Source of the DNA: Myxococcota bacterium
GTDB taxonomy: Bacteria > Myxococcota_A > Polyangia > Polyangiales > Houyiibacteriaceae
Assembly: GCA_039030515.1 (NCBI GenBank)
Contig: JBCCEA010000015.1
Span: 29,825 to 93,824, forward strand
Length of the DNA stretch: 64,000 nt
Direction of reading: 5' to 3'
Shown: piece after piece, positions 37,822-48,063 of the stretch
How positions within the stretch are numbered: position 1 is the stretch's first letter
Layout: every line of letters starts with the position of its first letter
Position numbers and translations under genes: made by a program
Notes under the pieces: generated by a model
Seen by the model: the letters and a program-made list of their open reading frames with translations, nothing else
The model's database searches: none
What the model was told of the DNA's origin: nothing

Positions 37822-40800
37822 ATGTTTCGCTCTCTGGAATCGGCCCTCGAACGCGCCAACACCGAAGTGCCCAAGGTCGTCGAACTGCTCGCAAGCAAGG
37901 CCCGGGTCGATGTCACACAAGTTGCGGATGGCGGGATTGCGCTGCTCTTGGCACGCACGGCCAAGCTGAAGGAGCGCCCCTGTGTCGTCGTCACCAGCAA
38001 CCTGGAAGAAGCCGTTCGAACATGCGCCGACCTGCGGTTTTTCTTCGGTGCAGACGATACCTCTTCACGAGTGCTGCTCTACCCCTCGGCAGACACCTCA
38101 CCGTATCTCGACGTGGCTCCAGACCGACGGGCCGCGATGGACCGACTTGCCTGTCTCGCCCACCTCAGCCAGGGCCTGCCTTGGGATGCCATGGTGTTGC
38201 CGATCGGTGCCCTGCTGCGAAAAGCACCTCCCCTATCTGCCATCGTCTCTCGTTCGAAAGTGGTGCGCCCGGGCGAGGAGATAGATCGAGACGAACTGAT
38301 CGCTCTTTTGTCCGAAGGCGGCTATCTCCGGGTTCCGGTAGCAGAAGACCCCGGCACATTCGCGGTACGTGGCGGCATCCTCGACATCTTCCCTCCGCAT
38401 GCGCGCGTTCCGGTCCGTCTCGAACTCGACGACTGGCTCGTGCTCTCCACCAAGGAGTTTGATCCGGACGATCAGCGCACGCTGCGAGAACTATCTGAGG
38501 TGTTTATTCACCCGGTACGCGAAAGCCTCCTTGGCGCCAAGGAACTCGCACGGGCCCGGCGTAAGATCCGCGATGCTTGCGACGAAGTAAACATGCCGAC
38601 GAAGCAGGTTCGCGCGCTCATCGACGATCTCGAAAGCGGACGAACCTTCTACGGCCTCGAAGGCCTTCTCCCAGGGTTCTTTAGTTCACTTGAGAACATA
38701 TTTTCCTACACTCATCGTGCAGAATGCAACGCAATCCCGAGAATCGCACTTCTCGACCCGCCCGCACTACAGATCGCTCTAAGGACCGAACTCGAGCGCG
38801 CAGCCTCCGATCTGGAAGCCAAAAGAGCTGAGTCCAAACCTACCTTCGCGATCGAGGAACACTATCTAAGCGAGGATTCGCTGGTGTCGGAGCTGGTTCA
38901 AGGACCGTTGCTCTTGGTCCATCGCGTGGGCGCGGTCGGCGAATCGGGAGAGGAAGAAGGCCCCTTTGCCCATCTCACGTCAACGGAGGAACACCAGCTT
39001 CTCCGACTTGGAGGCGAGGACCAGTCGCTACTCGTATCGCAGCTCCGCACGCGTCGCTCGGCCAAAGGCGCTGAAGATGCGCTCCGTCCCGTTGCAGATC
39101 AATCGCGCCTGTGGTTGGACGAAGGAGCACGGGTCATACTCACCGCGCGAACGACCACCCAGGCGGACAGGCTGTCGGCGCTACTCAAAGGCTACGGATT
39201 ACCGGTCCGCAAGCCCAAGCGATTCGTCCCGGATCTGCTCCAGGAACCCCCACCGAGAAACATCGAAGTCGTCGTCGGAAGTCTGGGACACGGCTTTGTC
39301 TCTCCAACCCAGGGTCTCGCGTTTATCACCGAAGAAGAGGTATTCGGCACCCGGACGCATCGGCGTAAGGAACGCCGCCAAAAAAAGGCCAAGGCGGCAC
39401 AAGCATTTCTCGAAGACTTGCGCGAACTCGCCGTGGGAGATTTTATCGTCCATCGAGATCACGGCGTGGGCCGATACCTTGGACTGGAGCGCAAAGGTCT
39501 CGGGCAGAGTCAGTTTGAGAGAATGCGCGGAGAGTCCTCGGCAAGCGTTGAAGTGCTCGTGGTGGAGTACCACGGCGGAGACCGTCTCTTTTTACCGGTC
39601 ACCCGATTGAATCAAATCCAGAAGTTCGGCAGCCAAGAAGGAGCCACCCCGAAGATCGACCGTTTGGGCGGGCAAACCTTCGCTAAGAAAAAGAGCAAGG
39701 TCCGAAAAGAGGTGCGAGACCTCGCCGACAAGCTTCTCGCACTGTACGCCAAACGCGAAGCGTCACGCCGAGACCCACTCCCGGTCGCCGATCGAGCCTA
39801 TTCCGAGTTTGAGGCGACCTTCCCTTTCGAGGAAACGCGAGATCAGCAACGCGCCATCGACGATGTCATGGAAGACTTGGAACGACCACGACCCATGGAC
39901 CGACTGGTGTGTGGCGACGTCGGATTTGGCAAAACAGAAGTGGCGATGCGCGCCGCGTTCCGGGCAGCAATGAACGGTCGACAGGTGGCCATTTTGTGCC
40001 CGACAACGGTGCTCGCGCAACAGCACTATCTGACCTTCCGGGCACGCATGGAAGGCTATCCGCTTAGAATCGAAGTGCTCTCTCGCTTTGTTGATCGAAA
40101 GAAGCAAACCGAGACCCTTGCCGGCATCAAGGAAGGAACAGTCGACGTGGTCCTCGGTACCCATCGGCTGCTCAGTAAGGACATTCACTTCAAAAAACTG
40201 GGTCTGCTGGTCGTCGACGAGGAGCAGCGTTTTGGCGTCACCCATAAGGAGCGCATCAAGGATCTACGCGCAGACGTAGACGTGCTCACGCTGAGCGCCA
40301 CGCCGATACCCCGTACGTTGCAGATGGCGATCGGTGGACTGAGAGATCTTTCACTGATCGCGACAGCACCTACCGACCGACGTGCCGTGCGCACCTTCGT
40401 TTCGCGCTGGGACAACCGCATCGTGGCGGAAGCTATCGAGCGCGAGATGCGCCGGGGCGGACAGGCATTCTTTGTGTACAACCGAATCGAGGGTTTGTAC
40501 GAGCGGGCAAGTCGACTCCAGGAACTTATTCCGAACTTGAGGATAGCCGTCGCTCACGGACAGATGAAAGAGGGCGAGCTCGACAAGACGATGCTGGACT
40601 TCGTCGAAGGTCGATTTGACGTACTTTGCGCCACCGCCATCATCGAAAGCGGACTCGATATTCCTCGCGCCAACACCATTCTCATCGACCGAGCAGACAT
40701 GTTCGGTCTTGCCCAACTTTATCAGCTGAGAGGGCGAGTCGGGCGGTCCAAGGAGCGCGCCTACTGCTATCTTCTCACTCCGCCTCCAAGCAAACTCAGT

Positions 40801-41472
40801 GAGGACGCACGGAACCGAATCCAGGCCCTCGAACGCTTTACCCAGCTTGGTTCGGGCTTCCAAATCGCTTCTTTGGACATGGAGCTGCGTGGCGCTGGAG
40901 ATCTGCTGGGCGGAGAGCAGAGCGGCAGCGTTTCCCTCGTTGGCTTCGACCTTTTTGTACAGATGCTCGAAGAAGCGGTCGCGCAGCTACGCGGGGAAGA
41001 GATAGCCCATGAAGTCGACCCTGAACTCACCCTGGACATCGAGCAGCATCTTCCAGAGGAGTACATCGATGATGTCGGGGTACGACTGTCTTTCTACAAG
41101 CGATTTGCCAGCGCGGCAGACGATCACACGATAACGGACTTGGCGGAAGAGATGGAGGACCGATTTGGGCACCCTCCCTCGGCCGCACGTTGCTTTGTCC
41201 GTGCAATGAGATTACGTCCCAAGCTACGCGAGCTGAATATCCTTGGTTGCGAGGCTTCGCAAAACCGAGTGATGCTGCACCTGCGGGAAGACACTCCTCT
41301 TGACCCCGCAAAAGTGATGAAGCTTGTGACCCAGCCCCAAAGTCGTTGGAAGCTCAGCGCCGATATGCGACTGACGTGTCGCTTTGATCGAGATGAAACC
41401 GGCGATGCGATCGAAAACGCTCAAAGCGTTTTAGAGACACTGCAGCCACTACGAAAATTGTTGGCTGCCTAG
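37822..41472 (+). CDS. mfd: Transcription-repair coupling factor
   Basis: FAVRGGILDIF, HRDHGVGRY, DRLVCGDVGFGKTEVA, DEEQRFGV, SATPIPRT, QLRGRVGRS, C-terminal TRCF domain. Confidence 0.97.
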   Translation: MFRSLESALERANTEVPKVVELLASKARVDVTQVADGGIALLLARTAKLKERPCVVVTSNLEEAVRTCADLRFFFGADDTSSRVLLYPSADTSPYLDVAPDRRAAMDRLACLAHLSQGLPWDAMVLPIGALLRKAPPLSAIVSRSKVVRPGEEIDRDELIALLSEGGYLRVPVAEDPGTFAVRGGILDIFPPHARVPVRLELDDWLVLSTKEFDPDDQRTLRELSEVFIHPVRESLLGAKELARARRKIRDACDEVNMPTKQVRALIDDLESGRTFYGLEGLLPGFFSSLENIFSYTHRAECNAIPRIALLDPPALQIALRTELERAASDLEAKRAESKPTFAIEEHYLSEDSLVSELVQGPLLLVHRVGAVGESGEEEGPFAHLTSTEEHQLLRLGGEDQSLLVSQLRTRRSAKGAEDALRPVADQSRLWLDEGARVILTARTTTQADRLSALLKGYGLPVRKPKRFVPDLLQEPPPRNIEVVVGSLGHGFVSPTQGLAFITEEEVFGTRTHRRKERRQKKAKAAQAFLEDLRELAVGDFIVHRDHGVGRYLGLERKGLGQSQFERMRGESSASVEVLVVEYHGGDRLFLPVTRLNQIQKFGSQEGATPKIDRLGGQTFAKKKSKVRKEVRDLADKLLALYAKREASRRDPLPVADRAYSEFEATFPFEETRDQQRAIDDVMEDLERPRPMDRLVCGDVGFGKTEVAMRAAFRAAMNGRQVAILCPTTVLAQQHYLTFRARMEGYPLRIEVLSRFVDRKKQTETLAGIKEGTVDVVLGTHRLLSKDIHFKKLGLLVVDEEQRFGVTHKERIKDLRADVDVLTLSATPIPRTLQMAIGGLRDLSLIATAPTDRRAVRTFVSRWDNRIVAEAIEREMRRGGQAFFVYNRIEGLYERASRLQELIPNLRIAVAHGQMKEGELDKTMLDFVEGRFDVLCATAIIESGLDIPRANTILIDRADMFGLAQLYQLRGRVGRSKERAYCYLLTPPPSKLSEDARNRIQALERFTQLGSGFQIASLDMELRGAGDLLGGEQSGSVSLVGFDLFVQMLEEAVAQLRGEEIAHEVDPELTLDIEQHLPEEYIDDVGVRLSFYKRFASAADDHTITDLAEEMEDRFGHPPSAARCFVRAMRLRPKLRELNILGCEASQNRVMLHLREDTPLDPAKVMKLVTQPQSRWKLSADMRLTCRFDRDETGDAIENAQSVLETLQPLRKLLAA

Positions 41473-41506
41473 CACGTGTGGATCTACCCAAAATGGAGGC
41501 ACTCGA

Positions 41507-42142
41507 ATGTCTGCGAAAACCTATCTTGAAGAAATGTATACTGCCGAACGGAACCTTCGCGCCGCAGAAACTCGGCTTCTAGAGCTAGATGACTCCACTG
41601 TTGTAGAGGCACTTCAAGCCGCCGTACAGGAGGCTCGGGCAGTGGAAGATCCGGCTGAGTCTGGCCTCCGCTTGGAACGGCTCTCGGATCTCTGCGCTCA
41701 GGTTGAAGGACCGGAGATGGTGGACTCTCTGCTTGCGATTCTCGATGCGGAGGATCCTGCAGTTCGGGTTGCCGCGGGAGAGGCACTGCTAGACGTCGGA
41801 TACGAGCGGTATGCGGAATTTGCTCGAGCAGTGGAGAGATTTCTTCAAGGCGACGGCGGACCTGCTCTGACAGAGCTGCCGTGGATCCTCGCGGAGATCG
41901 GCGAGCCAAGTGCGCTTAAGCTGATTCGCCTTTTTCTCAAGCAAGAGTCGACCGAGGTCATCGCTGCATCCATCGAGGCACTCGCCCAGCTGGGAGACCC
42001 TGAGGCGATAGCGGACCTGCAACAATTCGTCGATGATCCACGTAAGGTGATGATGGAAGACTACGAAGCGGAAACCTCCACGACTCTTGGTGAACTCGCT
42101 CAGGCGTCGATAGAGGAACTGGGCGGTCCGCTGTCTACCTAG
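41507..42142 (+). CDS. HEAT-repeat protein
   Basis: EDPAVRVAAGEAL, LAEIGEPSA, ALAQLGDPEAI; GGAGG RBS. Confidence 0.78.
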   Translation: MSAKTYLEEMYTAERNLRAAETRLLELDDSTVVEALQAAVQEARAVEDPAESGLRLERLSDLCAQVEGPEMVDSLLAILDAEDPAVRVAAGEALLDVGYERYAEFARAVERFLQGDGGPALTELPWILAEIGEPSALKLIRLFLKQESTEVIAASIEALAQLGDPEAIADLQQFVDDPRKVMMEDYEAETSTTLGELAQASIEELGGPLST

Positions 42143-42172
42143 CGTTACGGCTCTCGAACTAGGTCGAGTTGA

Positions 42173-42203
42173 GCGACATCCGGTCAGACGCTCTGGATGT
42201 CGC
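42173..42203. terminator. Candidate bidirectional hairpin between convergent genes
   Basis: GCGACATCC-N13-GGATGTCGC perfect 9 bp stem; no U-tract. Confidence 0.4.
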
Positions 42204-42227
42204 GGGTTCGGGTTGGGTAGAGCTCGG

Positions 42228-43610
42228 TTAGGGTCCGAGCGTGGAGCAACCCTCTTTGCGACTTGAGGGAATGACGATCGCTACGGTAACTGTGTCTAAA
42301 ATGGTAACCCCATCTCCTCGGAGCGCGATATCGAGCAGATAGCGCTGCGGCTCCTCGGTAGGCGCAACCAAATCATTGTCGAGAAACACCCTAAAGCTCA
42401 CTCGGGTTCCGGGAACAACCTGAGCGAAGCTGGTCTCAAACTGTACCGCTCCCGATTCGGGTTTGGCCTGAAGCGTGACGATCCTGTCCACAAAATCGCT
42501 CGCATCGAATTCATCGCTCGGGTCATCCAGCGCTATCGCATCGATATCTAAATCGACATCTTCGACCAGCCTTCGGACCACGTCGATCACTCCACTGTCC
42601 AGCTCTTCTCCGCGGGTACCGATTTGAAATACAACGGGTGCTCCGCCGAGATCTACGGCTCCCGTATCACGAGCGATGGCGTTCAGATCGAGAACTCCTC
42701 GATTTGCTCCTTCACTACCTGAGTAGAGACCGAGCACCTTTGCGCCAACCTCTCTCAAAGCATTCACGGTTTCTCCATAGGTCGCCGGTGGTGGTTCGAT
42801 ATCGCCTTCGAGGTAGGGCCGCGAAGCACCGGGACCGTTGTGAAACTCCGCATCCGTAAAGAGCAAAACGATGGGCGAGCCCATCGAACGAAAACATGGA
42901 GCACCGAACGTCTCTTCTGGACAATCGGCAGGGGGTACAAAGCGCCCCCGCCCCTCTCCGGTCGCCACTTGATAGAGTGCTTCAACCTGAGATTCGGGAC
43001 CGTCTCCACCGCTAGACTCTCTCAGCGAAAATACGGCATCTCGTACTTCTGAGAGACTCTCGGTCATCGGCTGCAGCAGTTCAAATGGAGTATCATCTCG
43101 GGCTCCGTAGGGGGAGATCCCAAAATCGGCAAACCCGGCAACCGCAAGACGGAGATCCGGAACGGAGCGAACCATCGCCGGGATAAGTGTTTCACTGAGT
43201 GTCGTTCGAATCTGAGTGATCTCCTCGCTCATGCTTCCAGTGACATCGACGAGAAACAGAATGTCCGCGCTCGAAATCCTGGCTTCAAAGGAGATGTCGA
43301 CAAACTCCGGTTGGTCGAAGCCGAGCTCGACACACTCTTCTGAAAGAGCACCGTTGTCGTCGAGACCGGCATCACGATCGATGACTGAAACCGGCGTGTA
43401 TGAATCGCTGACGTCCGGGACGCTCAGATCGGTCTTTGCGCCACATCCCGAAAAGACGAGAGTGAGAGGCAACAAAAGGCTTCTGCGTGTCCGTGTTCGG
43501 CTGTGCCAGAAATCGCGATTTAGGCGACTATCCAATGATCCTCCCAGGTAGCATTTCCCCCGGCCCGAGGACTTCGCAGATTTCCTCATCCCCCCCGGAA
43601 CAAGGACCAC
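42228..43610 (-). CDS. VWA (integrin-beta I-like) lipoprotein, paralog 1
   Basis: FSGC-GAKTDL lipobox, DVTGSM MIDAS, DGPESQVEALYQ, FTDAEFHNGP. True start probably TTG 43535, after GGGAGG. Confidence 0.8.
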   Translation of the reverse strand: MVLVPGGMRKSAKSSGRGKCYLGGSLDSRLNRDFWHSRTRTRRSLLLPLTLVFSGCGAKTDLSVPDVSDSYTPVSVIDRDAGLDDNGALSEECVELGFDQPEFVDISFEARISSADILFLVDVTGSMSEEITQIRTTLSETLIPAMVRSVPDLRLAVAGFADFGISPYGARDDTPFELLQPMTESLSEVRDAVFSLRESSGGDGPESQVEALYQVATGEGRGRFVPPADCPEETFGAPCFRSMGSPIVLLFTDAEFHNGPGASRPYLEGDIEPPPATYGETVNALREVGAKVLGLYSGSEGANRGVLDLNAIARDTGAVDLGGAPVVFQIGTRGEELDSGVIDVVRRLVEDVDLDIDAIALDDPSDEFDASDFVDRIVTLQAKPESGAVQFETSFAQVVPGTRVSFRVFLDNDLVAPTEEPQRYLLDIALRGDGVTILDTVTVAIVIPSSRKEGCSTLGP

Positions 43611-43729
43611 AAACCGCTCTTCCTCAAAACGACTACGTCAAAACGCAAAATCGATGATGCGCTCTTGGGCGCAATTAATCGAGTTAGTTCCAGCAAAAGT
43701 GCTGATCTACAGTAATACTTCGCAAATTA

Positions 43730-43904
43730 CCGTACCTGGTCCGGCCTAAATTGTAGCTATGAAGTAATATTACAATTTAGACGTATAAAGATCCGTACCC
43801 AGTCCGGTTTTGCTACCCACGAAGATCCGTACCCAGTCCGGTTTTGCTACCCACGAAGATCCGTACCCAGTCCGGTTTCCGGAAGGAACGCCGTACCCAG
43901 TCCA
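43730..43904. repeat. Intergenic repeat cluster: five CCGTACC(C/T)(A/G)GTCC cores, including a 34 bp tandem unit (about 2.7 copies)
   Basis: Cores at 43730, 43793, 43827, 43861 and 43891; unit AAGATCCGTACCCAGTCCGGTTTTGCTACCCACG. Confidence 0.9.
43746..43780. promoter_or_regulatory. AT-rich perfect 10 bp inverted repeat with 15 bp spacer
   Basis: CTAAATTGTA-N15-TACAATTTAG between the first two repeat cores; regulatory role is inferred only. Confidence 0.45.
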
Positions 43905-43945
43905 GTGGCCGGATGCCTCGACTTCGGCCGTCGGATGTCGCCCGC

Positions 43946-45256
43946 TTAGCGTTCTTCGTCGCAACCGGGGCCGTCTTCACTCGGCACCACGACTTCTACG
44001 CGACGGCGGTCCAGTTGCGTGCGTCCATCCCCCAGGAACACCACCTCGATCTCAAAGCGGATCGTCTCGGGCGGAACCTCGATATCGTCTCTGAGAACAA
44101 GATTGAACACGAGATCAGTGCCCGAAACAACCTGACGAAACACCCCCGCCTCTTCATCGATGGATGAAACCCCCTCAGCCGGGGTCGCCCGCACCGGAGC
44201 GATCGCTTGGACGTACTCTGAAACCTCGATGCCGTCCCGCAGGTCGAGATCTTGATAGCGCGCATCCACGTCAAACACCACGGCACCTGCTAGGGTTTGG
44301 ATGGCCCGTACGACCCGGTCGTTGAGGCCCTCGCCGTTGGCGCCCAGCTCGATCACCAGTGGGTCACCATCTTCATCGAGTGTCTGCGTGTCTTCGGCCA
44401 GTCGGCTGAGATGGTTCTCCGCTCGACCAGAATCAAACCCGATGACGCGAGCATCAAGGCGGTTTAGTTCAACGACCGCTTCCGAATAGGTGTGGGGTGG
44501 CGGGTCGATAAAGCTGTATGGGAAGGCAAGTCGGCCGTCGTCGCTCGGTCCGTTATGGAATGGAGCGTCGGTGAAAAGCAGGATCACGGGCAACGCATCT
44601 TCGCGGAAACACACGTATCCTTGGCCACCGGTCGCACAACCGGCACTCGGGGGTACGAATGCTCCAATACCGTCGCCGGTAGCCAGTTGGTATAGCGCTT
44701 CGACCTGGCTCTCAGGCTCGTCACTACCCTCTCCAAGCCCGATGCTATTCATCGTAGCCTGAACGCTCGCGACGTCGTCCGTATTTTGAAGACGTAAGAC
44801 AAAGGGAAGGTCCTGCCCGGGACGTCCGTAATCGCCCACAGGAAAGTCAGCAAACGTCGCAACCCCAAAACGCACATCCGTCAGCGCATCTCGAGCGGCC
44901 GGAACGATGCGGTCTCGCAACCCACCTCGAATGCGATCGATTTCGCTCATCATGGAAGCCGTTGTATCGATCAAAAACACCACATCGGCCTTGCCGATCT
45001 GGGCTTGTGTCTCGAGGGGAAGTACGGTGCTTTCCGACTCGGGCCGCACTTCGACGCAGGGTATAGCGACCTCGATCTCAGCATCGCCTGATTCGACTTC
45101 GGCATCGGCTTGTGGATTGCCGGGCGTGCCAGAATCTGATGTGTTCCGAGCGGTGAAACCGGCATCAGGTACGTTGAGCCCGGTTTTCGAGCCACAGGCC
45201 GACGAAACAAATCCGGAGCACAGTGCTACGCAGGCCAAAAGCGTAGTCCGTCGCAT
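43946..45256 (-). CDS. VWA (integrin-beta I-like) lipoprotein, paralog 2
   Basis: SAC-GSKTGL lipobox, DTTASM, DEPESQVEALYQ, FTDAPFHNGP; start placed at MRRTT. Confidence 0.8.
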   Translation of the reverse strand: MRRTTLLACVALCSGFVSSACGSKTGLNVPDAGFTARNTSDSGTPGNPQADAEVESGDAEIEVAIPCVEVRPESESTVLPLETQAQIGKADVVFLIDTTASMMSEIDRIRGGLRDRIVPAARDALTDVRFGVATFADFPVGDYGRPGQDLPFVLRLQNTDDVASVQATMNSIGLGEGSDEPESQVEALYQLATGDGIGAFVPPSAGCATGGQGYVCFREDALPVILLFTDAPFHNGPSDDGRLAFPYSFIDPPPHTYSEAVVELNRLDARVIGFDSGRAENHLSRLAEDTQTLDEDGDPLVIELGANGEGLNDRVVRAIQTLAGAVVFDVDARYQDLDLRDGIEVSEYVQAIAPVRATPAEGVSSIDEEAGVFRQVVSGTDLVFNLVLRDDIEVPPETIRFEIEVVFLGDGRTQLDRRRVEVVVPSEDGPGCDEER

Positions 45257-45373
45257 AACATCGAGTGTAGTGTGCATACCTATCGGAGTCGAGACAGATG
45301 CCCTCGAACAACCTCGATTAACCCGCGAGCCCGATTTGCAGATGAATGTAGAGCGATTCCAGGGGCGCATCAC

Positions 45374-46540
45374 TCACAACTTAGGTCTCCATTTGGCCCG
45401 GCGTCGTGCAGCGCGGGCGCGATCACTATCGCGCGAAAAGAGGTCCACGTAGTCGAGCACAGGGCGATCCTCCGCTGAATGCGTGGGCGATACATCCTCC
45501 ATTGAGGTACGGGCAGGGAGCGTGCCGATGTGTTCCTCGAGCCCCGTCATAAACTCTTGCAGAGCGTCGGCGGCGTAGCGCTCGGAAACAGGTGGTGCCG
45601 CCATCAGAAGCTGCTCGGCTGTCTCTTTAAATGCGCATTCACGTTCGGCCAGCTCCATAAAACTCGCAATGAGGGCGTCCGGCGTAAACGCATGTTGGAT
45701 GACTATCTGAACACCAACCCTCAAAGCAGCATCCGGGGTGAGCATCCCGTCGTCGACCAGGCAGAGCGCCGCTTGGAAGTAATTGTAGAACGGCACTACC
45801 CGAGGACCAAACTCAGCGAACATCTCCGGAGAAGAAGTTCTGTCTAGGTGGATCAAGATGCGTCGCACAGAGTCCCCCCGCGGTAGATTGCTCGCCATCC
45901 GGACGATTCGAGGCACTTCGTCCTCGTACACTCGGGCGCGGCGCAACACAGCCATCAACGTGTCATTACCTACGCGACCAGCGCAAAGATCGGCGTAGAG
46001 CGAGTAAATGAACGCATCTGCCTCGGCGTCATCTCCGAAAAGCACTTCAGCAGTTTGAGGATCGCAGCCAGCGCGCGAGGACAGCAGCGACGTCAGTTTG
46101 TAATAAACCTGATCTTTTAGGAAACGAAAGCGGCCACGAAGAAGGTTTTGAAGGCTTGGCTTGAGCGTGAACGAATCCCAGTGAATGCCGTCTAGGCGCA
46201 GCTTTGCTTCAAGGACGCGACGCATCTGCTCTGGGCTTCCCGACAAAATAAAAACACCTGCCAGGTCGTTACGGCAGAGCTCCCGCAGAAGCGCTCCGGC
46301 TCCAGGCACGGTCTTCTTTCGATCCGGCGACTCAAAAGCGGTGCGGAGTAAATCGCGGAAGGTGTCAAATTCTGTTCGCAGGTAGGTCTTATCGAGATCC
46401 CACCGGTAGATCACGGGTCTCGTACCGACCACAGCTTCCGAACGTGCAGGGTCCACCGGCAGGAACATAACAGCCAATGAACAAAAAACTGCCTCAAACA
46501 AATGCTGCACGAGGCGTGCTTCAAACGCGCTTCGCGTCAT
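45374..46540 (-). CDS. HAD-superfamily App1/DUF2183-like phosphatase-domain protein
   Basis: WDLDKT (DxDxT), ILSGSP, LFGDDAEAD; start uncertain. Confidence 0.68.
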   Translation of the reverse strand: MTRSAFEARLVQHLFEAVFCSLAVMFLPVDPARSEAVVGTRPVIYRWDLDKTYLRTEFDTFRDLLRTAFESPDRKKTVPGAGALLRELCRNDLAGVFILSGSPEQMRRVLEAKLRLDGIHWDSFTLKPSLQNLLRGRFRFLKDQVYYKLTSLLSSRAGCDPQTAEVLFGDDAEADAFIYSLYADLCAGRVGNDTLMAVLRRARVYEDEVPRIVRMASNLPRGDSVRRILIHLDRTSSPEMFAEFGPRVVPFYNYFQAALCLVDDGMLTPDAALRVGVQIVIQHAFTPDALIASFMELAERECAFKETAEQLLMAAPPVSERYAADALQEFMTGLEEHIGTLPARTSMEDVSPTHSAEDRPVLDYVDLFSRDSDRARAARRRAKWRPKL

Positions 46541-47060
46541 GCCTTCCTCACGCGTCGTGTGTTATACGGCTCTGGTGACTCTTTCCCAGATAGACATAGG
46601 CGAACCGACCTGGTCCGAGGCGAGCGAAGCACGACGGCACGAATGGCGAAACGCGATTCAAGGCATGCTCGATGAAGAGGTGCTCCAGATTCGGGCAGAC
46701 GCACATCGCATGACCATCGATGCAACCGAGCAGGCACTACACTTGACACTCCATGATGCCGACCAGGCGATGCTCGACGAGGTGCACATCCCGCACGACC
46801 GACTGGCGAAACATATCCAAGAGTACGTGGACCTGGTACGGGAGCTCGCCAAAGCGGATGGCTCAGGCATCACGCGACTCGAAGCACTCGATATGGCGAA
46901 AAAGGTAGCCCATGACCGAGCTGCAGACACGATTGAGCGCCTGTGCGCACCGTTCAAAATCGATCATGAAACTGCACGTCGGCTCTACACCCTACTGCTG
47001 ACGCTGCGCGTGGACACAACCCGCCTCGTCGGCCTGCACGGACACCGTCGCGTGCGCTAG
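46539..47060 (+). CDS. UPF0262-family protein
   Basis: RLEALDMAKKVAHD and IDHETARRLYTLL resemble the family C-terminus; true start probably near 46575. Confidence 0.7.
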   Translation: MPSSRVVCYTALVTLSQIDIGEPTWSEASEARRHEWRNAIQGMLDEEVLQIRADAHRMTIDATEQALHLTLHDADQAMLDEVHIPHDRLAKHIQEYVDLVRELAKADGSGITRLEALDMAKKVAHDRAADTIERLCAPFKIDHETARRLYTLLLTLRVDTTRLVGLHGHRRVR

Positions 47061-47090
47061 GGCGCGTGCACCAGGAGCGCTGGGTAAAAG

Positions 47091-47954
47091 CTACGAGCGC
47101 TTCGAAGCCACCAGGTAGGCATTCCAGCCGGGGTCAGGCTCAGCTCTGGTCGCCTTACGAAATGTGCCGGTTGGATTACCTTCCTCGTCCTCGGTCTCCC
47201 AGTAGGTCTCTATTCGGGCGAAACCGACTTCGGCAAGGATTTCTCTGAGTTCGACCAACTGCCAAAGCCGCCAATCATAGGTAAACGCCCTCTTGTGCAG
47301 CGTGCCGTCCGGGGACCGAAAATGAATGTAATTGACGACGTGGTTGTCGATCGGATTGAAGAGCGCTTGCTCCCAAATATAGGTAAACTTTTCTTTACCA
47401 AGCGGCACAGCCCGCTGCTCGGTCATCGGGGTCTGAGCTTCATATCCTCCGTACGCATCCAAGAAAAACACCCCGTCTTGAGCCAGTGCGGAGTGCACGA
47501 GCGCGAAATAGGCCCGCATCTCGGCACGCGTCTTAAACACAAAGTAGCTGTAATTGTAGGCCGTAACGACATCGAAAAGGCCTTCCGCAGCGTCACGAAC
47601 GTCTCCATGCACGAGCCGGATCCGGGACCTCGAAGTCTCGGGTAGTTGTAGAACGTTGTGCTTCTGTCCCCAGGCGAGCACCTTAGAATCCAGGTCCACC
47701 CCCACCGCTTCTCTGTCCTTGCGATACTCCACCCAGTCGCAACTGAGCAGTGCAGTGCCGCAAAAGTCTTCCCTAAGCCGCAGTGCGGGTCGGCCCGCGA
47801 GCCGCCGATAGACTCGATGGATGAATTGCACCTCGTGCTCCGTATTCTGAACGGACTGTTGGTAACAAATATGCTTGTCGTAAACGAACTCACTCCGCGC
47901 GGGGCGCTTGCGAGACGGTTTTTTTTTCGACGTTTGTTGCGATTCTTTGCCCAT
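47091..47954 (-). CDS. Class I SAM-dependent methyltransferase
   Basis: YQQSVQ, LREDFCGT, GVDLD, YNYSYF, FFLDAYGG, FTYDWRLW. Confidence 0.82.
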   Translation of the reverse strand: MGKESQQTSKKKPSRKRPARSEFVYDKHICYQQSVQNTEHEVQFIHRVYRRLAGRPALRLREDFCGTALLSCDWVEYRKDREAVGVDLDSKVLAWGQKHNVLQLPETSRSRIRLVHGDVRDAAEGLFDVVTAYNYSYFVFKTRAEMRAYFALVHSALAQDGVFFLDAYGGYEAQTPMTEQRAVPLGKEKFTYIWEQALFNPIDNHVVNYIHFRSPDGTLHKRAFTYDWRLWQLVELREILAEVGFARIETYWETEDEEGNPTGTFRKATRAEPDPGWNAYLVASKRS

Positions 47955-48063
47955 GGCCTCGCCATGTTCTACCAGAATCCGTTGCGGCAAACGCAAGTGA
48001 TCGGCGCTGTGCGGTCTCGTGCGCTTGAATCGTATGCGGTAGCCGACAGAGAGGAACAAAGGG

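Noticed and set aside
43746..43780. dif/Xer site
   Set aside because: Arm sequences and the 15 bp spacer do not fit the 11-6-11 dif layout.
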